Source of the DNA: Patescibacteria group bacterium
GTDB lineage: Bacteria; Patescibacteriota; Microgenomatia; Levybacterales; GWA1-39-11
DNA length: 17,078 nucleotides
Direction: 5' to 3'
NCBI GenBank assembly: GCA_035549295.1
Contig: DASZRG010000011.1
Span: 1 to 17,078, forward strand
Made by a program: the position numbers and the translations under genes
Notes under the pieces: generated by a model
Seen by the model: only the letters and a program-made list of their open reading frames with translations
What the model was told of the DNA's origin: nothing
Database searches by the model: none
In this document: positions 1 to 7,244 of the stretch, piece by piece
How the letters are laid out: each line of letters opens with the position of its first letter
How positions within the stretch are numbered: position 1 is the first letter of the stretch

Positions 1-57
1 AATTTTCCCGACCTTAAGTTCTACTTTTGCAAACTCATCAAAACTTATCTTATCCAC
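1..57 (-). CDS. Partial CDS (5' end only) of a tRNA-binding-domain protein, MetRS C-terminal/EMAPII/CsaA-like; continues past the left edge
   Basis: Minus-strand GTG at 57 reads in frame to base 1 as MDKISFDEFAKVELKVGKI, which matches the typical start of the MetRS-C type OB-fold (I.fdeF.kveLrVGkI). In-frame TGA stop at 72-70 just upstream. Confidence 0.72.
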   Translation of the reverse strand, partial: MDKISFDEFAKVELKVGKI

Positions 58-63
58 AAAAAT

Positions 64-72
64 ATTATATCA
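64..72 (-). promoter_or_regulatory. Extended -10 promoter (TGA-TATAAT) ending 6 nt before the GTG at 57; predicted leaderless start
   Basis: Reverse complement of 64-72 is TGATATAAT; 6-nt gap (ATTTTT), then GTG. The -35 is weak (TGCAGA). Confidence 0.55.
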
Positions 73-121
73 CTAATCTAAAATTATCTGCAGGTACTTA
101 TTAGAAATTAAAAATTTTTTG

Positions 122-1645
122 TTATTCCCATTCCATAGTTGCCGGAGGTTTGGTGGAGATATCATAGACAACGCGCGAGATTTCTGGAACCTCATTAACT
201 ATTCTACTTGAGATCCTTTGCAAAACATCGTATGGGAGTCTTGACCAGGTTGCGGTCATTACATCTTTTGATTCTACAATTCGAAGTGCGATAACTTCAC
301 CAAAAAACCGTCCATCACCTTTTACAGCAACAGAAGAAGCACCTGTCATGATAGGGAAAGACATATAAATATTTTTCAATAGACCTGCTTTTTGTAATTC
401 TTCCAGGACAATGTTGTCTGCTATTTTTATCTTTGAGAGGCGATCGCGAGTTATTTCTCCCCTGAGTCTTACAGCATATCCAGGGCCTGGAAAAACTTGT
501 TTTTCAACAAACTCTTCTGGCAAACCAAGGCTACGCCCAATTGTACGGACCTCATCTTTGTAGAAATGTCTTAATGGCTCGAGAAGTTTTAGTTTCATAT
601 CTTTTGGAAGTCCTCCCACGTTATGATGACTCTTAATTTTTGCTGCATGCTTTGTGCCTTTTGATTCAATTACATCCGAATAAATTGTTCCCTGGAGTAA
701 GAATTTGATATTCTTATTTTCTTTTAACTTTTCAACTTCACGATCAAATATTTCGATATAGAAATTTCCAATAATTTTTCTTTTCTTTTCTGGATCTTCA
801 ATTTTCCTAAGTCGTGTTAGCATTTCTTCTTCGCAGTGAACAATAATTGGTTTGATTTTAAACTTTTTAAAAATTTGTAAAACATGATTTTCTGTTCCAT
901 CTCTCATTAGACCATTTTCAACATATACAGGAATAAAATGATCACCTATTGCACGCGCCGTAAGAGTTCCTGCAACTGTTGAGTCTACGCCGCCCGAGAT
1001 TGCACCAATAACATAATCACCGCCAGCAATAGTTTTGATATCTTCAATAATTTGGTCAGTATTTATTTCATTTTTTTCGCCCTCCAATTCACAAATCCTA
1101 ATGAAGTTTTCAAGAACTTTTTGCCCCTCTTCTGTATGTTCAACTTCAGGGTGGAAGAGTGCGCCGTAAATTTTTTGTTTTGAATTTTCAACATAAGCAA
1201 AAGGAACGTTTTCTGTATTGCCAATGATTTCAAACCCTTTAGGAAGTTTTATAATTTCGTCACCATGTGACATCCAGACAGTAGACTTGTCTAGTAAATT
1301 TTCTGCCATTAGCGATTCTTTGTTGGTAATTGAAATTTTTGCGGGTCCGTATTCCTTTTTACCTGAAACAACAGAACCACCTAAAAGTTTTGCTGTGATT
1401 TGGAATCCATAACATATTCCTAAAATTGGTATATTTAAATCAAAAATTTTAGGATCTATAGTTGGAGCACTTTTATCATAAACTGAAGAAGGGCCTCCTG
1501 ATAGGATTATGCCGGCGGGTTTTTGTTTTTCGATTTCGGCTAATGCGTCTTCTGGTGGGAAAAATTTTGTGGGGATTCCGGCATCTTTAATCCTTCTTTC
1601 GATAAGCTGGGCAGTTTGTCCTCCAAAATCGATTATATAAATCAT
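122..1645 (-). CDS. guaA: GMP synthase (glutamine-hydrolysing)
   Basis: 507 aa. Class I amidotransferase GICYG with downstream HPEV, PP-loop AISGGVDSTVAG, and the typical GMP synthetase C-terminus TKPPATMEWE. Confidence 0.97.
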   Translation of the reverse strand: MIYIIDFGGQTAQLIERRIKDAGIPTKFFPPEDALAEIEKQKPAGIILSGGPSSVYDKSAPTIDPKIFDLNIPILGICYGFQITAKLLGGSVVSGKKEYGPAKISITNKESLMAENLLDKSTVWMSHGDEIIKLPKGFEIIGNTENVPFAYVENSKQKIYGALFHPEVEHTEEGQKVLENFIRICELEGEKNEINTDQIIEDIKTIAGGDYVIGAISGGVDSTVAGTLTARAIGDHFIPVYVENGLMRDGTENHVLQIFKKFKIKPIIVHCEEEMLTRLRKIEDPEKKRKIIGNFYIEIFDREVEKLKENKNIKFLLQGTIYSDVIESKGTKHAAKIKSHHNVGGLPKDMKLKLLEPLRHFYKDEVRTIGRSLGLPEEFVEKQVFPGPGYAVRLRGEITRDRLSKIKIADNIVLEELQKAGLLKNIYMSFPIMTGASSVAVKGDGRFFGEVIALRIVESKDVMTATWSRLPYDVLQRISSRIVNEVPEISRVVYDISTKPPATMEWE

Positions 1646-2790
1646 TATGAGTAGCTCTTGCCAGCATTAGTTACTAAAATGTCATGGGGATGAGATTCCT
1701 GAAGAGATGCTTGTGTTATCTGAATAAATCTTGCACCTTTATGAGCTTCTTGTATATTTCTAAAACCACAGTAATAAAAACCCGATTTTATTCCACCAAT
1801 TGCAATATTGATAACATCCTCAACGGTACCCTTGATTGGTACAAGACCTTCGACGCCTTCTGCCACCAAAGTTCTATCTTTGTAAGATTTGCCATGAAAT
1901 TCTCCTTCAGACTTTGTTTTTGCTCCGCGTCTCATTGCCGCTTCAGATCCCATTCCTCTATATTCTTTGAAAATAAATTTCCCATTTTTGCTAAAAATAC
2001 TTTTGAATCTTTGAGGAACTTCCGCTCCCGAAAGTGAAACTTTTTTACCTGGCGATTCTAGAGTAGAAGCAAAAAATCTTCCCATCATAAGGGTGTTTGA
2101 GCCAGTAGCTAGTGCTTTCACCATATCACCACTATTGTTCATTCCGGCGTCTGCCATTATAGGAACGCTCATTTTTTTGGCCGCTTTTGCAACTTCAATT
2201 AATGCAGTAAATTGCGGAACTCCCATTCCTGAAACAACGCGAGTTGTGCAGATTGCTCCTGGTCCCATCCCAACTCGTAATGCATCCGCACCCGCTTTTA
2301 TTAGTCCGATTGCTCCTTCTTCTGTTGCTATATTTCCTGCAACCACTTGCAACTTGGGATATTTTTTTTTGATAAAACTTAAAGTTTCTATTTGTATATT
2401 TGTCCAACCGTGAGCAGAATCTAGGACTACAACATCAACGCCAGCCTTTATTATCAATTCTAGCCTTGTTTCAAATCCTGGATTCGGACCAATTGCCGCT
2501 CCAACTAAGAGATTTTTATCTTTGACTTTTTTTATTTCTAGGGCTTCCTTTTCTGGGGAAAAATTCCTATGAATTATTCCAATTCCTCCAAGTTTTGCGA
2601 GCGCAATTGCTAGAGGTGCTTCTGTAACAGTATCCATAGGAGATGATACAAAAGGAGATTTTATCCTTAAATTTTTTGTAATGTTTGTTTCTAAATTTAT
2701 CTCCTCTCGGGAGAAGTCAGAGAACCCAGGAAGAAGCAAGACATCGTTAAAAGTTAAAGCGGACGGGAGAAGTCGATTTGAGGGCTCCAT
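1645..2790 (-). CDS. guaB: IMP dehydrogenase-type protein lacking CBS domains
   Basis: 381 aa. N-terminal LTFDDVLLLPG-like motif, catalytic loop GMGPGAICTTRVVSGMGVPQ, KEYRGMGS, EGVEGLVPIKG. The barrel is continuous with no CBS insertion. Stop overlaps the guaA start by 1 nt. Confidence 0.9.
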   Translation of the reverse strand: MEPSNRLLPSALTFNDVLLLPGFSDFSREEINLETNITKNLRIKSPFVSSPMDTVTEAPLAIALAKLGGIGIIHRNFSPEKEALEIKKVKDKNLLVGAAIGPNPGFETRLELIIKAGVDVVVLDSAHGWTNIQIETLSFIKKKYPKLQVVAGNIATEEGAIGLIKAGADALRVGMGPGAICTTRVVSGMGVPQFTALIEVAKAAKKMSVPIMADAGMNNSGDMVKALATGSNTLMMGRFFASTLESPGKKVSLSGAEVPQRFKSIFSKNGKFIFKEYRGMGSEAAMRRGAKTKSEGEFHGKSYKDRTLVAEGVEGLVPIKGTVEDVINIAIGGIKSGFYYCGFRNIQEAHKGARFIQITQASLQESHPHDILVTNAGKSYS

Positions 2791-2795
2791 AATTA

Positions 2796-2824
2796 AAAAT
2801 ACCAGAAGGAAACTTTCTTGTCAA
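2796..2824 (-). promoter_or_regulatory. guaB promoter: TTGACA-N17-TATTTT with TGG extension
   Basis: -35 TTGACA at 2824-2819, 17-nt spacer, -10 TATTTT at 2801-2796 preceded by TGG, then 5 nt (TAATT) and the guaB ATG at 2790. Confidence 0.7.
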
Positions 2825-2837
2825 TACGAATTGGTAT

Positions 2838-4328
2838 TTATTTTGCGAGGATTGCTTCTCTTATAAATTCTTTACCCCATTCGTACACGTTATTTTCTTC
2901 AAGAAGAGCCGTCATTCGTTTCATTTTTGAAGCCTTTTCCTTCTTGGGCATCTCGAGTGCTGCGCGAATAGCATCCGCAACTTTATCGATGTCGTAAGGA
3001 TTGACGATCAATGCAGACGTTAAATCGATGGCGCTTCCGGTAAATTGCGAAAGCACAAGCATTCCAGGGTTTTCAGATGCAGCTGATGATACAACGAATT
3101 CTTTTGATACCAAGTTCATACCATCGTCAAGTGGTGTTACGACGCATACGTCAGCATGACTGTAAAATTTGATAATTTCCTCTCTTTGAAAAACTTCATA
3201 GATTAAGTGAATTGGTTTCCAGTCTCGTGTTCCGTACTTTAAATTAATATCTACCGCAAGTTCCTCAACTTCCATTCTGAGCTTTTGGTATGACGGTATG
3301 CTTTCTCTTGAGGGGGCAAGTATACCAACATAAACTGTTCTTTTCTTATACGAAGGATTTTTTTCATAAAATTTGTCTAGTGCTTTCAGTCTTGATCTGA
3401 GACCTTTCGTATAATCAAGTCTATCAACTCCAAAAATTATTTTGTATTTTCCAAAATATTGATTTATCATTAGACTCCTGTCATTAATTGATTCACTGTT
3501 TTGTGATTTTTCTCTTTCTTTCTCCTCGGCCAAAAGTGTTTTTACAACATCTGTATCGATTCCCATTGGAAGATTTCGAACAGAAGTTGAAGTGTTATGA
3601 AAGAAGACAGTTTGAGTTTCGTAATCAATTCTTGATTGAAGCTCACGGTCAACCGTTTGTAAAAAATTGCGTGCTTGATATCCTCTGTGAAAAGCTAAGA
3701 AATCGCAATATAGCATGCTTCTGAGTATTTCTTTTTTGTATGGCAGTATTCTGAAGATTTCCCATGTCGGCCATGGTATGTGCCAAAACATAGAAACAAC
3801 AGTATTTTTTGAGCGGCCAAGTAAAAGAGGGACTAAAGCAAGTTGATAGTCATTTATCCATATGAACGTTTTTTGTCCCCATGGAATCGACTTCTTAATA
3901 GCGGCAGCATATTGCTCGTTTACTTTTCTGTACGATCTGTACCAATCCTCGGTCCATCGTGGTTCCTCATATGCTATATGACACAAGGGCCAGAGAGTTT
4001 GGTTTGAAAAGCCAGAATAGTAGTTTTCAACATCAGTTTTGTTTAAAAACAATCGTTTCAGAGTGTATTCGCCATTAACTCCTTTTATTTTCATGCTATT
4101 GTTTCTGTCAAGTCCTTTTTTTTCATCGGGGTTTTTCGCAAGCGCAATGTAGAGAGCATTTGTCGCCTGAGCAATAGAGTCAAGGGCAACTGATACTCCA
4201 CCTGCAGGATTTTCGGTTATGAACTCATTGTTAACAAACCTTGAAACTCGCGGCTCCCCATGAGCTGCGATGATCATTTTGTATCCTTTGGAGCTAAAAA
4301 AATTATGAAGATCTGATGCGGAAGTCAT
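2838..4328 (-). CDS. otsA: GT20 family glycosyltransferase, trehalose-6-phosphate synthase-like (divergent donor/acceptor motifs)
   Basis: 496 aa with LWPLCHI, FWHIPWP, VDRLDYTKGL and DDGMNLVSKEFV, typical of GT20 enzymes. The N-loop and HDYHL motif are altered, so the substrate is uncertain. Confidence 0.82.
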   Translation of the reverse strand: MTSASDLHNFFSSKGYKMIIAAHGEPRVSRFVNNEFITENPAGGVSVALDSIAQATNALYIALAKNPDEKKGLDRNNSMKIKGVNGEYTLKRLFLNKTDVENYYSGFSNQTLWPLCHIAYEEPRWTEDWYRSYRKVNEQYAAAIKKSIPWGQKTFIWINDYQLALVPLLLGRSKNTVVSMFWHIPWPTWEIFRILPYKKEILRSMLYCDFLAFHRGYQARNFLQTVDRELQSRIDYETQTVFFHNTSTSVRNLPMGIDTDVVKTLLAEEKEREKSQNSESINDRSLMINQYFGKYKIIFGVDRLDYTKGLRSRLKALDKFYEKNPSYKKRTVYVGILAPSRESIPSYQKLRMEVEELAVDINLKYGTRDWKPIHLIYEVFQREEIIKFYSHADVCVVTPLDDGMNLVSKEFVVSSAASENPGMLVLSQFTGSAIDLTSALIVNPYDIDKVADAIRAALEMPKKEKASKMKRMTALLEENNVYEWGKEFIREAILAK

Positions 4329-4349
4329 AGTTTTTTGAATAGATTATAT

Positions 4350-4400
4350 TTAGGAATTGCTTCCGGAGACCGTGGCTCTATTTTGTATTGCTTGCTTCAT
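4350..4400 (-). CDS. Candidate leaderless 16-aa small ORF (MKQAIQNRATVSGSNS) upstream of otsA
   Basis: ATG at 4400 lies 6 nt downstream of TATAAT (TTGAAG-N17-TATAAT). TAA at 4352-4350. No homology or conservation evidence available. Confidence 0.3.
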   Translation of the reverse strand: MKQAIQNRATVSGSNS

Positions 4401-4406
4401 GCTCGT

Positions 4407-4435
4407 ATTATACTCCAAGTAAGCAAGTCCTTCAA
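4407..4435 (-). promoter_or_regulatory. Promoter TTGAAG-N17-TATAAT upstream of otsA
   Basis: -35 TTGAAG at 4435-4430, 17-nt spacer 4429-4413, consensus -10 TATAAT at 4412-4407. Confidence 0.65.
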
Positions 4436-4449
4436 ATTAAAGGGTAGAC

Positions 4450-4851
4450 CTAGAAGCCTCCAATATTCTGATAATCCTGAAGTTGTGAATTAAAAGCTTT
4501 GGATGCAGCATCAAAAACTTGAATAGAGATAACTGTTGTTACTATTGTGGCAATGATTGTTAGAACGATTGCTGCTATGCCAATTTTTTTTGCAAGAGGA
4601 TCCTTCTGCAGGATATAGCGGACACCAGGTAACAAGCCGAAAGGGGGTAAAAATATGCAAGTAGCATATACTACGATTTGGTGAGCGAGATCAGTCGAGA
4701 GTGGAGGGTCTTTAATTTTATTCCCACAATGCGGACAGAAATAAGAAGTTGAGTCAATTTCGGATTTACATTTAGGACAGGTAGCCTTTGTATTGGTTGG
4801 TGGAATTGTGTTTGTGGATGGCGTTGCAGCACCTTGAGGTTGAGTATCCAT
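4450..4851 (-). CDS. Zinc-ribbon (double CxxC) membrane protein
   Basis: 133 aa. CPKCKSEIDSTSYFCPHCG zinc ribbon followed by two hydrophobic stretches (VVYATCIFLPPFGLLPGV; IGIAAIVLTIIATIVTTVISI). Confidence 0.75.
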   Translation of the reverse strand: MDTQPQGAATPSTNTIPPTNTKATCPKCKSEIDSTSYFCPHCGNKIKDPPLSTDLAHQIVVYATCIFLPPFGLLPGVRYILQKDPLAKKIGIAAIVLTIIATIVTTVISIQVFDAASKAFNSQLQDYQNIGGF

Positions 4852-4875
4852 AGGACAAGCTTCTCATAAAAACAT

Positions 4876-5466
4876 TTATTTCGTCAAATTGAGACGTTTC
4901 TCAGAGCCTTCAAGAAGCCTTTTTATGTTTGGTCTATGTGTCCACCAGATGAATAGTGCGCCGGCGATAGTGTATAAAGCATAAAAAGTATTATGTATTA
5001 AGCAAAAGACAAGGATCGGAATGGCGAGGCTTAATAGTAGATTGGTGAGACTCATAAGTTTTGTTAGGATTAAGATTGCAAACCAAATAACAAAAATTAT
5101 TACTATATATTTTATTCCCAAAATAACAAAAAGTGTTCCGCCATATGTCGCGACACCGCGACCTCCCCTGAATTTTAAAAAAAGAGGAAAAACATGCCCG
5201 ACTATTGCAGCAAGTGCAACAAGCCCAATAGAAATCTGATCAAATCCCAGAAGCGATGCAAGAAGAGTTGGAACGAGACCCTTTAAAAAATCAAAGAGCG
5301 CGACAGGGACTGCAAACTTCAGGCCAAATGTACGAAGGATGTTAGTCGCTCCAATATTGCCACTTCCAACTTTTCTTATGTCAACATTATTTTTTTTTGC
5401 GACGATAAAACCAGTCGGGATAGAGCCAAAAACATATGATAAGAATATCAAAAAAAGAGGCAACAT
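4876..5466 (-). CDS. plsY: Glycerol-3-phosphate acyltransferase PlsY (acyl-phosphate dependent)
   Basis: 196 aa multi-pass protein with GSIPTGFIVAK, VGSGNIGATNILRTFG, GHVFPLFLKFRGGRGVAT and LIHNTF motifs. Confidence 0.93.
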   Translation of the reverse strand: MLPLFLIFLSYVFGSIPTGFIVAKKNNVDIRKVGSGNIGATNILRTFGLKFAVPVALFDFLKGLVPTLLASLLGFDQISIGLVALAAIVGHVFPLFLKFRGGRGVATYGGTLFVILGIKYIVIIFVIWFAILILTKLMSLTNLLLSLAIPILVFCLIHNTFYALYTIAGALFIWWTHRPNIKRLLEGSEKRLNLTK

Positions 5467-5499
5467 CTGTTAAAATAGGTTACTGCTCTTGATTATATT

Positions 5500-6387
5500 A
5501 TGTTTGTTTTCAAAATCACAGACATTGCCGACATGCTCGCTGAAGGCGCCGATGAAGTTATTTCGAATCGAGATAATATTAACAGCATAAATGTTTTCCC
5601 GGTTCCAGACGCTGATACCGGAAGCAACATGGCAAGTACTTTGTTGCCAATCAAGAACGCTAAAGTAGATAGTCAAAGACCTCAAATATTTATCGAACAG
5701 ACTCTCCAGCAGGTACTGAAGGCTTCAAGAGGAAATTCTGGCATAATGATAACTTCATATCTTTCGGGTTTGCTAAATTCACTTACTGATGAGCAGATTG
5801 GTTCTGAATTGTTAATCAAGTCGTTTAAAAATGGAGCTGATTCAGCAAAGTCTGCAGTCGAAGCACCCAAAAAGGGCACGATGCTCGATGTGATGTACGC
5901 TTTTTATAAAAGCTTTGATGCGAATTTAGATATTTCACAGAATGCGTTTGATAAAGCACTGACTAGAACAAAAGAGGCACTTATTGCAACCGAAAGCCAA
6001 ATGAAAGTTTTATCAGATCACAAAGTAGTTGATGCAGGTGCTCTTGGTTTCACTCTATTTATCTACGGATTTTCAAAAAAAATCACACGCGAAAGGCTTG
6101 ATATATCGTTTCTTAACTTAAAAAAAGTTAATGAGGAGAAATTAGAATTTGGAAAATTCCCATATGAAGTCGTTTTTATAGTTGAGGAGCCTATGTTTTC
6201 TGCGCCCGATCTAAAAAGTATGTTCCATGCAATGGGTAATTCGATAGACATCGTGGAAGTTGCTGGTAGTATAAAAGTCCACATACATACAGATAATACG
6301 GATGTGGTGCGCGAAACAGCAGAGCTTGTTGGGAATATTGTTGATCTTAAAATTACTGATATGAGAAATACGGTCGTTCACGCGTGA
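5500..6387 (+). CDS. DhaL/DAK2-domain protein, FakA-like fatty acid kinase (short form)
   Basis: 295 aa. NINSINVFPVPDADTGSNM, ASRGNSGIMTSYLSG and GSIKVHIHTDNTDVVRE match the FakA N-terminal kinase and linker region. The long C-terminal domain of full-length FakA is absent. Confidence 0.88.
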   Translation: MFVFKITDIADMLAEGADEVISNRDNINSINVFPVPDADTGSNMASTLLPIKNAKVDSQRPQIFIEQTLQQVLKASRGNSGIMITSYLSGLLNSLTDEQIGSELLIKSFKNGADSAKSAVEAPKKGTMLDVMYAFYKSFDANLDISQNAFDKALTRTKEALIATESQMKVLSDHKVVDAGALGFTLFIYGFSKKITRERLDISFLNLKKVNEEKLEFGKFPYEVVFIVEEPMFSAPDLKSMFHAMGNSIDIVEVAGSIKVHIHTDNTDVVRETAELVGNIVDLKITDMRNTVVHA

Positions 6388-7244
6388 TGAAGAATATTGG
6401 AATATTAGTGGGGGAAGACTGCGATCTTCCTGAAAAAATTATTAAAGATTCAGGAATCAATATTTTTCCATTTGTTCTTGAATGGGAAGAGCTAAAAAAA
6501 CAATCAGAAATTTACAAAACCATGCGTGGTCCACACAAGACAAGTCCCAAAACGTCTCAGCCATCACCAGCAACATTCAAAGAACTATTTGAAAAGTGTT
6601 TGGAAAAATATCAGGACTTAATTGTTCTAACAGTTTCATCAAAATTTTCCGGCACTTACAACTCCTCTGTTCAAGCAAGAAAAATGCTTGATAAAAAACT
6701 TCAAGATAGGGTTCATATTGTTGATTCTGAAGTTTCAAGCGGTGCTGAGGCGCTGTTGGTTTTTGAAGCGATAAGTATGATTGACACAGATGAGAAGGTT
6801 GAAAAAATTGTTGAAAAGCTTCGACGGTTAAGTCTGAGAGTAAACCTCTTGGGTGCATTTGAGGATCCGCAGTGGCTTGTTGCTGGCGGACGTCTAAATC
6901 CTATAAAAGCGCTTCTTGTTAAAAACCTTTTAAAAGGAGGATTTAGACCAATTCTTACAATAAAGGATGGTCAAATTGTAGTTAAAAAAATACAAGGTAA
7001 CGCACATGATAGCGCCGAAGCTTTGTTTAATCAGTTCAAGAATGATTTTGATAACCGTAGTCCTGACTCTGAAGTAAATGTTGTAATAACGCATGCGGAC
7101 TTTGAGGATCAGGCAAATTTGCTGTCAAAAAAACTTGCAAATTTTAGTCATTCAGTTAAAATTAAATTCATACATGAAATATCGCCGGTTATAGGTTCTC
7201 ACTTGGGACCAGGGGCACTTCTTCTTTCATGGATTGTTAAATAA
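6384..7244 (+). CDS. DegV family protein (FakB-like fatty-acid-binding protein)
   Basis: 286 aa. KTSQPSPATFKELFE, LTVSSKFSGTYNSS, VDSEVSSGAEAL and VIGSHLGPGALLLSW are DegV/FakB signatures. Start is GTG at 6384 or ATG at 6387. Confidence 0.87.
   Translation: MMKNIGILVGEDCDLPEKIIKDSGINIFPFVLEWEELKKQSEIYKTMRGPHKTSPKTSQPSPATFKELFEKCLEKYQDLIVLTVSSKFSGTYNSSVQARKMLDKKLQDRVHIVDSEVSSGAEALLVFEAISMIDTDEKVEKIVEKLRRLSLRVNLLGAFEDPQWLVAGGRLNPIKALLVKNLLKGGFRPILTIKDGQIVVKKIQGNAHDSAEALFNQFKNDFDNRSPDSEVNVVITHADFEDQANLLSKKLANFSHSVKIKFIHEISPVIGSHLGPGALLLSWIVK

Noticed and set aside
2195-2407. Minus-strand 70-aa ORF inside guaB in another frame
   Set aside because: Nested same-strand alternate frame of a conserved enzyme, no domain or initiation signal noted.
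1218-2413. Plus-strand ORFs 1218-1412, 1684-2037 and 2093-2413 opposite guaA/guaB
   Set aside because: Fully antisense to strongly supported conserved genes; translations are Ser/Pro/Ile-rich shadow frames with no recognisable domain.
5500-5502. Alternative genetic code (UGA recoding as in Gracilibacteria/Absconditabacteria)
   Set aside because: UGA acts as an ordinary stop (for example at the end of the FakA-like gene, immediately followed by a coupled start) and conserved proteins end at expected lengths under the standard bacterial code.
5470-5879. Minus-strand ORFs 5470-5685 and 5682-5879
   Set aside because: Antisense to the FakA-like gene; the second is also Cys/Ser-rich with no domain features.
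6577-6858. Minus-strand 93-aa ORF opposite the degV gene
   Set aside because: Entirely antisense to a conserved CDS, low-complexity shadow translation.
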